Shown here: in pieces, positions 1 to 13,426 of the stretch | Numbering within the stretch: the first letter of the stretch is position 1 | Layout of the letters: every line of letters starts with the position of its first letter | Assembly (NCBI GenBank): GCA_951406725.2 | Contig: OX597826.1 | Span: forward strand, 37,200,001 to 37,264,000 | Source of the DNA: Octopus vulgaris | Taxonomy: Eukaryota | DNA length: 64,000 bases | Direction: 5' to 3' | The notes under the pieces: model-generated | Told to the model about the DNA's origin: nothing | The model's database searches: none | The model's input: the letters and a program-made list of their open reading frames with translations, nothing else | Position numbers and translations under genes: made by a program

Positions 1-2559
1 TCATAATGCCTACTCAAGTGTTTACGAAATTTGGTGTGCTGACTTAATGCAATACAGAAGCAGTATATCTGTTTAAGTAGTTTAGAAGTTATAGAGTTTT
101 TAATTTGTTACCACTTAGGCCTTACTTTAAGAAATATCAGCTTCCTCTCCTTTGTATTTCTGTTACGCTAAAGACTGACTATATTACCTGTTTTTCAAAA
201 TATTAGGCTTACCTAACTAGAGTATCTAAAATAATGTCTCATAAGAGAAGTGCTTGTGTAACGCAAAGAAACAATAACATCTTGACGACGAATCTCGTGC
301 AATTCCAAGACTCACCTAGGAAAAAAAGATCTGTTCCTCTAGAAGAGCAGGATACCAATGAAACTTCAAATTACCGGGTGCTACCTGTTCCTTACAGGTA
401 CCATCAAAGGAAAGAAAAAAAAACAAAGAAAAAGTCGAAAGAAGCACCTTTTTCATGGCAAAAGAAATTAAATTTCCCATATTTATCAATTCAAAATGTA
501 CATGCAAAAGTAGAAAAAGTGCTGAACATCTACGATAAATGCGTAAAACGAGGATAATACGATTCGCTGAAAGGAACTTTTGACATCACAAAGCAAAGCG
601 GTGAATGGTTGTGCAGTGAGGATATATTATCTTCAAATTGAAATCAAGGAGTAGGTTGGGTTCAGACTGGAAAAGCAGTCAGTTTCAAAACTATTCATCT
701 GTCCAAAAAAAGAAAAGTGCCCTTAATGCCAACTTCAACCAGAGCAACTCCAGAGTCATCATCAATTTCTGAAGCAAAGACTGAAAGTAAATATCAAGAG
801 TCCGAAGAATCAGATGAAGAATCCATACAAGCAAGGAGAGGAAGTATAGCAAAACTGGAGCTGCAGTGAAGTTAATATCTTCTAATATCTTCTAAGCTAT
901 CAACCCAAAAAGCGGCAATAGTTTGTCGACTATTATTTCAAGATGGAATCAATGTCCAGGACCCTTCCGAGTCTGGTATTTACAAATAGGTTATCTAAGA
1001 AGCTGTTAAACTAAAAATGGAAATGAAGAAAACACTACATTTATAAAACTGGTCATTACATTTCGATTGCAAACGTTTTGATGACCAAGAATACCAAGTA
1101 TACCAAGTGCTAGTTTTAAAGAATGAACAGTGAAAAGTTAATTTAGATGCACTTCAGTTGCAAAACGGAAAAGCGGATACTGTTTTGAATAGAATAACAG
1201 CTGTTTTAGATGACTACAATTTATGGAACTGTGTAAAAATGATTGTCGCTGATACAACGAGTGTGAACACTGGGAAAAGAAATGACATTGACATTCAATT
1301 GCAAAAACTGCTTGCTCAAAAGTGTTTATTGGTTATCGGCATCACATCCTTGATAGAGTTCTTCGTGTTGGAATGGATAACGAATTTGGAGAAAAATGTC
1401 ATCTCCCAATATTGAATATATATTCATCCCATAGCTTCTAAGTAATTACGAGAAACTCCTGGCTAATTTCAACAATGGTGAAGGAAAGATTACTGAGTCA
1501 GCAGGAATCCGAGATGACATGAAATTTCTATTTCATTTGACCAGAGTTTTTCGTTTCGTTGAAGAATCCGGCAAATTTCCTACACTAAAGTTTGAAAAAA
1601 ATTACCCAATTTAAGTAACGCAAGACAGAATTCTCAAGCAGTACTAGGTATTTTGGCATTTATTCTTCTACCAGTGAAAAGAGTTTTGCTTCTCAATGCT
1701 TGTTGATTTATCTCTTGCAACTGGGCAGATTTTTGGTTTACTGACCAAAAGTTCGATGCACATGATTATCGGAAGTTATGTAGTAGCCTGCAAGTTCATA
1801 AAAAAGCATTTGAACTCTGTAAAAAACAAACTTTGGGGGTTGAGAATCATCAAAACTGGAAATTCCCAGAAGAAATCAGAGTGCAGAACGAGCAATCAAG
1901 TGCCTTCAAGATCTTTATGATGTTTGTAAAAAGAAGGAGAAACTTCAGCTTCACATTTATTTTATCCAGCAAAACATTAATTCTTTGTTATATTTAAAAA
2001 GTTGCTCTACATTCAGTACCCTTTTCCTTATACAGTTATTTAAAAATTAGAATTAAACCTATAAAGTTAAACATATGTATTGCTTTTAATTCTGTATGTT
2101 ATCGAATGTCTGAAAATAGCCTAGTTTTAGAACCTTTACAAAGAGCAATTTCAGTTCAGTAATCTTCAAAATGTATAAATACACTTTCATTCCACATCTC
2201 TCTTGGGTTTATAAGGATTTAAGCAGCAGAAATCCTGAAGTGTGAATCTTAGTGTCACCTAGGTATTATTAATTAAAATGCCTATAACTCCAAAGCTTCT
2301 TCAACTAGAAAGCTAAAATTTCAGATATACTATTTCTGCATTGCGCCGAGTCTGCACACCAAGTTTGGTAAAAACTTGAGCAGGCGTTATGAACCCCGCA
2401 TTTGCATGATTTGGGTCAAGAGTAGTGATCGATTTCTTAACTTGGAGGTGACGTTTTTTAACAAAGAAAGCAAAATAAATGTAAGTTTCCTGGCTTTCAT
2501 AAAGTTATTCATTGATTTACCGTATAGGTTATTAGGTTGTGAAAACGTCATAACCCTAA
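1..2559 (+). mobile_element. Decayed hAT-superfamily (hATm-like) DNA transposon; left end lies upstream of the window
   Basis: Bases 1-~120 are an imperfect inverted repeat of ~2256-2392 (revcomp of 1-71 cagatatactgcttctgtattgcattaagtcagcacaccaaatttcg... vs 2322 cagatatactatttctgcattgcgccgagtctgcacaccaagtttgg...). A transposase relic lies between the arms. The right end at accctaa (2553-2559) is inferred from hATm-type TAGGG termini. Confidence 0.8.
234..1980 (+). pseudogene. Disrupted DDE transposase of the hATm-like element (many stops and frameshifts)
   Basis: Motifs read across frames: WSLHFDCKR (~1050-1076, first D), VADTTSVNTGKRN (~1245-1283, second D), GYRHHILDRVLR (~1332-1367, degenerate CxxH), PRRNQSAERAIK (~1866-1900, catalytic E). 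Confidence 0.8.
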
Positions 2560-2777
2560 TGACCATATCATCAGGGAAAACAATCATTATTTCAGCCAGA
2601 TGATCTAATCTATAATCTAATCTATTTAAACAGCTTATGGATTCTCTATAACATGTTAGTCAAGAATCTCATTAATACGTATTTATGAACAAACATGTTT
2701 CATTGTAAGAATCTTTTTGCTTCTGTCTTTCTTTGCTAAACGTGGACATTCCAGTGTAGCTATAATGTACAGAAGTG

Positions 2778-3100
2778 AGGGCGCGTGGCTTAGTGGTTAG
2801 GGCATTCGGCTCATGATCGTAAGGTTGTGAGTTCGATTCCCGGCGACGCGTTGTGTCCTTGAGCAAGACACTTTATTTCACGTTGCTCCAGTCCACTCAG
2901 CTGGCAAAAATGAGTTGTACTTGTATTTCAAAGGGTCAGACTTGTCACTCTCTGTGTCACGCTGATTATCCCCGAGAACTATGTTAAGGGTACACGTGTC
3001 TGTGGAATGCTCAGCCATTTGCACGTTAATTTCACGAGCAAGCTGTTCCGTTGATCGTATCAGCTGGGACCCTCGTCGTCGTAACCGGCGGAGTCTTTTT
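2778..3100 (+). mobile_element. tRNA-derived SINE, family B (Deu/Nin-like central domain), full length
   Basis: A box tggcttagtgg, B box gttcgattccc, then tgtgtccttgagcaagacactttatttcacgttgctccagtccactcagctg. TSD aatgtacagaa at 2764-2774 and 3102-3112. Other copies at ~47.7 kb and ~56.1 kb. Confidence 0.9.
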
Positions 3101-3635
3101 AAATGTACAGAAATGCGGAAATATCAATCCGCATTTATCTTGCTTTGGCCATAGAAGCCAAAGCATGATGCTTAGTGTTTTAATCTGAATTTACATGTGA
3201 AGTTGAATATTGTAGCGTGAATTACTGGTACTAATTTCGACTAATTAGGGGGAAAGACGCTTCAACACAATGCCAATGGTATCCCATCATTGAACATGAA
3301 ACTTTCTATCTATCTTTATGGTCATCATCAATTAATTTGAACTTAAATATACCTGGAAGAAAGCTAAAGCACATATGCAGTTGTATGTGCTTGTATATAT
3401 ATATGTGTGCACGTGCGTGTGTGTGCGCAGGCACGCGGGCGTGTATTAAATCATCCCTTTACTTCTAATAGGAACATTTCTCAGTTAAAGTGAGCCTAAT
3501 TAAAAAGCAAAAGGCTGAAAAGTATCTCTTTCATACATAAGTTGTAATTGCTATGAGAACAACCGTCAACCATATTTATTTATATATGTGTATTTGATTT
3601 TGTATGTGTGTGTGCGCGCGCATGCGTGTGACATA

Positions 3636-3678
<43 letters not shown>

Positions 3679-5092
3679 TTATATATATATAACATTTCCC
3701 GGAGTATCCGACCGGAAATTAATAATGTCTTGAAAATTCCTACATCTCGGATAGGAAATTGAATTATATTACATAATCTTTTGAAGATAAGATTCTACGA
3801 AAATAAAGAAAAATATCCTCACCGTTTCTAAAACAAGGGCTTCACTCAAAACGCTATATATCTTCTCTTCCTCACGGCAAACTAATTAATTCTATTTCGT
3901 GAAATTCCAGAAAATATTATTTGCCAATTCAGAACATATCTTGTGTCTGGAGAATGTAGAGATTCTTCAAAATGAAATGTATTGCGCCTAATTTATCCAA
4001 ATAAATGGAAATTATAACTCGTAATTAATGTACCCAGGTACATATAGATGTGTATATGAATTTGTAGATGCGTCGCTATATTAATGTAATACCAATGAGT
4101 GGTTTTATGTTTCGCTCGAGGGATTTCTTAAAGATATTTCAAAAGAATTTTCTTTATATGAGAATACAATGAACTGGGTAATTAAGTATAAATTGTGAAA
4201 TGGTGGAATTAAAAGTAAAACATTAGCTTCGTAATAAGTGACAAGAAGTATATATATTCGATTGATATCCCTAATACATGACTGGTACTCATACGTGGAA
4301 AGAATTTTGTAATTCAAAACATAAAAGTTTTAATAGCGGTGTTATTAAAGTATTTCCTGGGAGGAGTGAAACTATGAATTTTTTTTTCTTTTAGAATTTT
4401 ACGAAATTGATGGAAAATTGTTTGCTTTTTGGTAACAGCCCGAAATGACATTGAACATCTAGCGATTAGGGCCATGAGTGACATCCGTGAAAGATTTATA
4501 TGAGGAGAGGTGAGTTTTCGTTTTCTTTTTGAAAAATGAGAGAGAAAAAAAAATGAAGAGGAACATTTTCAGATGGTGTGATTGCTAGAAAGCAGGGAAG
4601 AAAAAGTGTATTTAGGTATGTATCTGAGATGAGTTTTAGTTTCTAAAGTAAATGCTGCAAAAATATTTTAGATTGTATGTGGCAAATAGCAGTGAGGAGT
4701 TAATATTAAATTATAAATCTGTTTTGTGTTTACTGAAAATATAATAATGGTGTAAATGTAAAGAAGTTGTACATTTATCAATAACTTAAGCAGATATCTT
4801 TTACATAGATTGAAAATGGATATGAGCTCATGTAAATATGATTATAATACAAACATGCAAAATGGAAAAGACGTGAGCAGCTGGTATATTTATGTTCCAT
4901 ATTAATCATAGAACTATGAATTTGTCCAGTGCTTTAGTACTTGTACTGCTGTGCGTTAGATTTGGTCCCACTATTTAACACTTGATATCCATTAGTACGG
5001 TGCGTGGTACTTTTAGTAAATAATATCAATGTTTTGCCTCCCTGTAAAATGTTTATAATCAACTCAGCATTCACTGACTGCTCTGAAATAGT

Positions 5093-5310
5093 TCTTTCTA
5101 CTATAGGCATTAGGCCTGAAATTTTTGCGGGGAGGGTGTCAGTGAATTAGTTCGACCCCAATACGCAACTGGTACTTAATTTATCGACCCTGAAAGGATG
5201 AAAGGCAAAGTCGACTCAGGCGGAATTTGAACTCAGAACGTAGCAACTGGCGAAATACCGCTAAGAATTGCGTCTACCATGCTAGCGATTCCGCCAGCTC
5301 GCCGCCTTAG
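5093..5310 (-). mobile_element. tRNA-derived SINE, family A, full length
   Basis: Minus strand reads aaggcggcgagctggcggaatcgctagc...gttctgagttcaaattccgcc...gtcgactttgcctttcatcc. Perfect 14-bp TSD tgctctgaaatagt at 5079-5092 and 5311-5324. Confidence 0.92.
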
Positions 5311-6106
5311 TGCTCTGAAATAGTGATAACTCAACACACACTCAAGCAACACACATTTATTTAGTTTATATTTCAATATCTATTCCTAGAAATATGTTGT
5401 ACCAGTTGACATTGTTGTCATGAAGAATAACGTTCTTGCCAAATAATTCACATTAATTATTTGTAAAGCAACAGTAAAATACGACGTTTTTACTTCCATT
5501 TCAACTGTTGCAGTTTGAATGTCTTTGGTTGCACCTGCTTATTTCCTAGTTACACTTTGTTCTTGCAATCAAAATAGCAACTAAGATCAGCTGGAAAGAG
5601 TTCATATGACAAATAACAACAAATATTTGAAATACAAAATTTGAATTAAAGAATTTACATGAGTGTGTTAAATATGAAGTTAAGAAATAAAAAAAGTGAA
5701 ATTTAAAAATTATTTTTTATTTTGAAGTTACATGTTATACACACCAAGAGAAAACATTTCAGAGCCACTAGTTAAAGAAATGAGCTTAAGAAAGAAATTT
5801 CTTTACTTCCTGGGTTTTATTGAAGGGACAATTCAAATGGTCGTTTATAGATGAGACCGTTGAGATTGATAACATTACTGTTCTTCGGTTCTTGTAAAGA
5901 AATGCCTATTGGAAATATATATGTAAAGAAAGAACACCAGAGGGGGGACAATTCGGGATCTAAGGACTGGCTGAGTGATAATGCAAACCTTGCATTTGGA
6001 TATATCAGGGATGATGTATATATACGTAATGATAAACACTGAATACACACATATGCATATATTATCATACAAAGACGTAAGTGTATTTATGTAAATGTAT
6101 ATACAT

Positions 6107-6137
<31 letters not shown>

Positions 6138-8939
6138 CCCAATTACGCACACACATACACACACGTTTATATATATATGGAGGGGCGGGGTAATGAAAAT
6201 CAACAATATCCTGTAAATTTATGACATTATGTTCAGGAACAATTTACAGTATACACGATGAAGTTTAATGGAAAGCGGCATTGAAATGGTAAAAGTAATT
6301 TTAATAATGTCTTCAAAACGTGATGTTTGCTTAAGAAATCCTGATTATATAGTGACGCCAATCAGTGATTGATACACACACGAGGAGTTAATGAACAAGT
6401 CAGAATACAATATATACCCACACAAAATGAAAGCATAGCTAAATATGCTAAATCGGTATTTGGTCAGTTCATAACATCGAACTAAAAACCAAAAATAAGA
6501 TAATATGCATGTATGAATAATACAGCTTCTCTAGAAATATACCATGGTTATAATAACGTCAACTAAGTGCTAATATATATTATTCTCTTGCAAAGTGAAT
6601 TAGCAAGTCCAAGGAAGAAAGCTAATAATAACGATATTTTGTACACAACACTCAATAACGCATATAGACTATATTCGGCAAGTAAATAAGGATGTTACTG
6701 AATTTAGCTGCGAAAAACCTATAAAATATCGACAGTAGGACCGCAAAATTATCTTGTACAGCATAAAGAAAAAGCAATGAAAATAACATGAAAATATGAA
6801 TACAGCAAATTTTTTTCTCTGCATTCATGGAAGTTAACTCCTACTAAATAGAAAATGAGGTTACATATAGACGTAGGCAAGACGTATAACAGAAACGACT
6901 GGAAAATAAAAGTGCTGAAAATGGCGTCGCAAAGCATCATACTGACATGACAATGCCTAAGAATTGAATCGCAAAGCATCCAATTGAACTTTCTTACAGT
7001 TTCACCATTCCATTTTTTATTGACGGTGAGAGGATAATGGGTTTAGATAAACTGGATTAGATTAAAATTCGGGCCAGAGGAAGTCACTACAATTAGAGGG
7101 AAGTGTTCTCTTCGTAGACCTAACGACTCTGTCAATTGTTGCCTAAATATGGATAGAAAATATTAATAATATAAATAAGAGTACCTACTGCTGTTAGGCA
7201 AAATTTACATCACGAGTTATCACAGGTTTCCTAATCATGAAAATAAATATTAGCACTTATTTATTATAATTTTATAAGAATTATTTATACAAAAATACTA
7301 TTAGACTAATCTCATTTTACATCATGCTAATCTCATTTATTATCTACAGTAATCTGAAGAGAAAGATATGATTCTAGTTATTTTCGGCTGGGAAATATCA
7401 CTTATCATCCTTTGCCGCAGATCTTAGAGGAAAATTTGAGTTTTTTTACATACAACTTTACATTTAGAACTGAACGTGAATCACTTTATTATCTTTAAAG
7501 AATCGTGTTGTGTATCATGGATAATCCATTTTATTAATTAAATAAACAAATATTTTAAATATTATTATCTTCGAAGAAACAAAGTAAATATGGAAATTAT
7601 AAAGGAGTCAGATTTTACCAACCAAATACTGAGAGTGTCAAACATCATAAATGAAACTACAAAACAAGTAACCAAGCAGACGATTAAAAAAAGTTCGCAT
7701 AATAATTCTTTTAAAAATTTAAGAAAGATAAAATTATTCATTGAAAACTTTTATTTGTTCAGTCATTTCTAATTATTCCGAGGAAATAATTTCAAACAGT
7801 AAATTCTCATCAATGAAATTGTACATCAATATCATATTCATAATATGCTTTTTCTCTTCATCTCCACCCAATAACCTAGAGGCTAAAAGATTTACACATG
7901 TTATCTCCCAGTGTAAGAACTAAATTTCTCTCTCATACTCTCTGCTGTTTTCCCACCTCATCTTATTTCTCCCCGCTCTAACACTCCTCTACTTAAAAGA
8001 GGCTTACGATCGGTTATCAATTAAAGAGAACAAACAGATAAACTAAGTGTTTTAGTTACAATTCATATTTGACCTTTCTGTGAATGTGACTTACATTATC
8101 TTCACTACCGACTCATTGCCTTAAATTTTCTCCCATTCAAGAACACTCCAAGGATAACTGTGTAAATAACTCTTCGATGCTTAAAACCCTGAGGAGAATT
8201 TGCTAATGATGGCTATAATCAGCAATCTAAATATTTGACTTTTGCTGTTACAGTTATAATTGTTTGCTAAGTAGTCAAGCAATAATCTGTGTTTACAGAG
8301 TAATTTCAGCAACCATGTTTGTTATAATCTGTAGCAGATGTAACTGTTTACTTTCACTTTACATTCTAAATAGCTGATGTTCGTCTCTTTCCTTTTTCTT
8401 TTTTTATTCTCTATTACATTGTATGCTTCATGCATTATGCTGGTATGGCATAAAGAGGCTTACAAACGAGGACATTTATAGTGATACTGAAAGAAAATCC
8501 TTTCTAACTCCATTTCTGGAAACTTGAAATGGCATGAGAACGTGTTTGATTCCCTTCTGAATAACAAAATAAGTTAAGCAATAAAAGAAAGCAGAAAGCA
8601 AAATGTCACTTATATTCTAAATCAGATGTATAAGTGATATACAGGGATATGAGAAATGTACATCATTAGTTTTTTTATGCCTTAGATATCATTGACTCGG
8701 GAACAGGGTGAACAGGAGGTGAAAGCGCACCCACTAGAACTATTTTGGGGAAATGAAAATTCTTTGAACATCGCCATGAAAACATTCAGTATCAAAACGA
8801 ACGAGTGTAGAGCATTTTTGGACATATTTCGGGCATTACATTTCAATTATTGGATCCATCACATTTGAATGATGTAAAATATAATAAATATAAATATAAT
8901 ACACAACTAGTAAATTTTATTGTTCTTATATTTGTCTTT

Positions 8940-9145
8940 AGGTGGCGGGCTGGCTGAAAGGTTATCAGACCTGATAAAAGATCAGCGAAATGTCTCTGAC
9001 ATTATGTTCTGGGTTCAAATTCCGCCGAGTTTCACTTTGCTTAACACTCATTCGGATTTAGTAAAATGAATACCAGTTGAGCAGTAGGGTCGATATAATC
9101 CCTCCCTACAAATTGCTGCCATTGCGCCAAAATAAGGAAGAATTA
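8940..9145 (+). mobile_element. SINE family A, diverged copy
   Basis: ggtggcgggctggc...gttctgggttcaaattccgccgag...taccagttgagcagtagggtcgat aligns with the 5093 and 17931 copies. Confidence 0.8.
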
Positions 9146-9411
9146 TTAAACAAGTGTCTGTGTTTATTAAGATTGAAAACATCGGTCTTGTTTCTATAAG
9201 AATTTGGAATAGCGATTGCATCCCCACCAAGCAAATTTCGTTTGCGCACATATGTTTCCAGTGGATGATTTATATTACTCTTTTCGTTGTAGACACAAAC
9301 TTGTATCCAACTATCACAATTGATTTCATTGTATACATTGTTGTTGGTACATTATTACGATAACTAGACTGTAATATTTGTAGGTAAAACATGGGCGCCT
9401 GTAAATATATA

Positions 9412-9606
9412 TGATTGATCGCCAACCTCAAAAGATTTTTAATTCTCTCTATGTTTATTTCATCGTGTTCCTTTGTGATGAAGTGCGTAGGCTCATAACG
9501 TAAAAGACTTTCTCACCTTCCCGAGTATCAAACTAATGCACCTGTTTGTTGTCTATTTACTTGTCTTCGTCTTTTGTTTGTTTTTTTTTTTTGTAAATTT
9601 CAACTA
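9412..9606 (+). mobile_element. Short Penelope-like pseudo-LTR/tail unit ending in (TA)n, with a degenerate hammerhead motif
   Basis: tgaagtgcgtaggctcataacgtaaaagactt...ttgtcttcgtc...taaatttcaactatata matches the reverse complement of 18398-18597. Both copies abut TA repeats. Confidence 0.65.
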
Positions 9607-9684
9607 TATATATATATATATATATATAAGGAGCATAATAGCTGGTTCTAAAAGCCTCTAAACGAGATATAAGTAGCAACAAAG

Positions 9685-10140
9685 TAGATGGTAACGTGTT
9701 TCTGCCATTATGAAATGGCTGGTCTATAAGGAATTATGCTTTTACATTTTAACCCCCGGAAAACGTCTTTTCGAACTGGCTAACGACACACAAACTGTGT
9801 CCTATATATTGTGAGTAAGGGTGCGAATTACTCCCCACCAGCTTGGCAAGACCAGTAGACCATGGTTTCTGAGTATTTATCCTTCATCGATAATGGACAC
9901 CTGTCTGCTAGAGATGGCAGTCACTCACCCATACACACAATATGTAAACAGAGAAGTGGCGGACAGCTGCTGATTTCGTAACGAAGAAAATAGCTAATGA
10001 TTCGCTCCGTTACAGTATATCGGACACAAGTTGTGTGTCATTAACCAGCAGGAAAATACGTTTGCCTGGGTTAAAATGTAGTAGCATAGTCCTTTATAGA
10101 ACAGCCATGTTATAGTAACAAAATGACGTTATCCTGCTAT
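9685..10140. mobile_element. Foldback/MITE-like element with ~130-bp imperfect inverted arms (9685-9812 / 10012-10140)
   Basis: atggctggtctataaggaattatgcttttacattttaaccccc...gacacacaaactgtgtcctatatattgt vs revcomp atggctgttctataaaggactatgctactacattttaacccagg...gacacacaacttgtgtccgatatactgt. Confidence 0.75.
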
Positions 10141-11019
10141 GTATGTGTGTTTGCTTGCAAGTGTGTGTGAGAGCTTAGAAGCTACGATTAACAAACTTGA
10201 AAGTGTTTGCTAACATTGTTCCTTCTCCGAGGAAGTACGGTAGGTAACTCTGCTTACATAGCTTAATAGTCTTCATCAGCAAAATGTGTTTGTGTGTTTG
10301 TGCATGTGGGTGTATGAGGACGTGTGTGTGTGTGTGTAGATGTTTGACCGAGTGAGAAGAGCAACGTGCTAAAAGTTAAAGTCTATGTTTGGTTGCTGCT
10401 TAGAACCAAGACGCCAAGCTGAACTTCGAATTTCATTCTCTCGAGAATGATAAAAAATATCACTTCTGAAGGATGAATTGACGAAAATGTTACAGGGACA
10501 GATGATAATTCTTTCAGTATTCCTTGTGCATGTTAATGTTCTGAGAGCGATGCGAGCAATAAAGCTGCCGCAATAAAACTAAATCATCCGAAGTCGGCTC
10601 CTTTTTCCTTGGATCATACTTGCTTGTGTGGACAGGGTAGATTCGCATACATGGACGACAGCGAATCGTCCATAAGATCTCGCTCGGGCCTTCATCTACG
10701 CACGTGCACTTGAATGGTCAAACATTGAATGATGAATGCGTTTCAAACTATAAACCATTCCACCTTTTGTTCATTCGATCTTCTCTCTCATTGATTTTTA
10801 AAAAAGATGACCCGAGGGAAACTTAGCTTCTATTTATAACAACTTCAATGCGGTGCCGTAACTCATCTATATATATATACATATATATATATATTTACTT
10901 GTGTCATATATTTAATTAAAAATGGTTTATTTTAAACATTTAGCTTCATGTGTATTTGTAGAAGTGTGTGGGTTTCATAACTTTCTAGCTTTTCAACTTG
11001 TGTGCTGCGAACTCTTCAC

Positions 11020-11132
11020 CCTCTCTCTATCTCTCTTTCTTTCTCTCTCTCTCCCGCTCTTTCCCTCTCTCTCTCTCTCTTCCTGCTCTCTCTCTCACTT
11101 TCACACCCCTTTTCTCGTTTGAGTTTTTTCTT

Positions 11133-11168
<36 letters not shown>

Positions 11169-11170
11169 TC
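11020..11170. repeat. (CT)n / polypyrimidine tract
   Basis: Direct reading. Confidence 0.9.
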
Positions 11171-11605
11171 TCCGTTGTAAATCCCATTTTTGCAGTTTTG
11201 TTTTTATAATTTCACTAAATTACAATACATTTCATTTCTTCAAACTTCTTCATTATTCTTTTTTCTCTCTGCATTTCTTGTTTTAATTTATTAGCGTTGT
11301 TTTATTTTGGCTTTGTTTTTTTTTTTTCTTTTCGGTTAGGGATTATAACGTTTCAGTGCAATTTCAAACATTTTTTTTCTAAAATCAAAAAATATAACAC
11401 AAAAGCACGTGCGCTATTCTGTATGCCTGCTTGCACGCGTGTGTATGCGTGTGTTTGCGTGCATGGGAGAATATGCGCATGTGTGGAGGTGCGAAAGTTC
11501 CCTTTTCGTTTTTGCTTCAATTTGTTGAAATCCTTTTTCTATTTTTTAATATTCCTGCCAAATTAGTCACTCTTTGTGTATATGTCGCTTTAAAAAATGG
11601 CATGT

Positions 11606-11614
11606 TACTACTAT

Positions 11615-11674
<60 letters not shown>

Positions 11675-11690
11675 TTCCATTACTGCTGCT
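11606..11690. repeat. (CTA)n microsatellite
   Basis: Direct reading. Confidence 0.95.
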
Positions 11691-12435
11691 AAACTTTAAA
11701 TATTTTATTTGCTGCAAAATGTGGCGAACTGCTCGGTTTCTTTGTGTCTTGGTTAAAAAGTTGTGCAGTATTTGTTCTGCACACCTGCGATCCGATTTCG
11801 AATCCTACAGATGTTGACTGTTCTTTTCATAACTCCACGGTCGATAAACAAAATACAAATACACGACGTTGGATTGGCAGGAATTGTCAGAGTAACCGAT
11901 GACGTGTCCATCAGCATCAGTCATTTTTTTCTACATTCTGAGGTCAAATTCCACGTTACATTAAACCTTTAAGCTCTAAAATATCCAGCTAAATGGCCCC
12001 TGGCAACAGTTACAGTCAAATTTATTGCTAAATAAAAGCTTATCGAATGTAAGAACATTCTATAAAAAAAAAACTTTGGAAGCACCGACTGCGTTGGTAT
12101 TTTACAAGCAAGAAAGCTTAAGCCATTAGGTCTAGCTTAGTAGTTTAGACCACTCCTTCAGTATATGTGGGCGATTACACACGTAGTCTCCTACTGGCAG
12201 CTTTTTTCCGTCTTCTAAGGGTAAATGCCCAATGTTTCTCGGTTATACTGCGCTTGAAATTTACGTTTTTTTTGGTGTATGTGTGTGTATTAACTTTGTC
12301 GACCGCTCATAGCCACTGTGTTTTGTTTGTTCGCCGTATCACTGCGCCACTGCTGTGGGAACTATTTATTTTATCACTGAAAATCACAGACAGATGTCAC
12401 AACTTCCTCCAATTCCATTCAGGAGCGATGCACAC

Positions 12436-12437
<2 letters not shown>

Positions 12438-12496
<59 letters not shown>

Positions 12497-12545
12497 TGTA
12501 TGTATATATAGAGAGAGAGAGTGTGAGAGAGAGAGATAGAGAAAG
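12438..12545. repeat. (GATA)n followed by (GA)n
   Basis: Direct reading. Confidence 0.95.
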
Positions 12546-12559
12546 ATAACACACTGATA

Positions 12560-12850
12560 TAGATGTGGGTTTAAGAAGTACACATGTCTAGCATGTGTCT
12601 AGCATGTGGATTCGAGTACAGGCTGGATGCGCAGTGCATTGGGCAAATGCTTTCTACTAGAGACACTGGCCGACCAATGTTCTCATGGTGGATTTTGTAG
12701 AAAAAAATCTATGTGTGTGTGTGTATACATATGAACATGTGGGTGTGTGTATATATATATATATATATATGATTGTATGTGTGCTTTTTTTGTCCTTTCC
12801 AGTCACCCGCTTGCCAACCGGCGAGGTGAGGTTGTAGATTACAGTCCCGA
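12560..12850 (+). mobile_element. SINE family C, highly diverged copy
   Basis: ttgggcaaatgctttctactagagacactggccgaccaatgttctcatggtggattttgtag resembles the core of the 13427 copy. Confidence 0.6.
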
Positions 12851-13426
12851 ATTTGTACGTTTCATAATATCGTGAAAAGTCATAACAAATTACTTGGACT
12901 CGACATTTTCTTGCTAAACAGAAAACTGAAGGTATTTCTTAAAATATTACGGAAATATTTCCAACAGAAACCATAGGTTCAGGCATCTATGAAAGTAAAA
13001 CAAACACAATGTCTCGCGGAAATAACATTATATATGAAAATATGGTATTAACTTTGATTAAAAGAACCATTATTACTTATTCAAACATGGCGACGATAGT
13101 ATTATAAAACTGAGAAGTAAAATCGAAAATGAATTTCTTTTGACATTCTAAACATCTCTAAGCTGTATCTATTATCGTGGTATATTTAACATTATAATAA
13201 ACTGAATATAAATGAAAATTTTCTTATCGTAAATTGATTTAAGAAAAAAGAAACCAACAAAGATGAATAAATTGAAAATAGTTTATTCTGTGAAATGGTA
13301 AATGATCTCGGTCTGTGATTTACTGGTTAAATGTTAAAACAGTTCCACACTTAATTTACTATCCTTTAACATTCGTCAAAATATCTGCTAAGATTCCTTC
13401 AACAAAAATACATAATATTATCTTTA

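Noticed and set aside
2781-2850. tRNA gene-like sequence
   Set aside because: It is the head of a SINE with body, tail and TSD, and it has other copies in the window.
3690-4500. Possible MITE with inverted ends
   Set aside because: Similarity between the putative arms is too weak to separate from AT-rich background.
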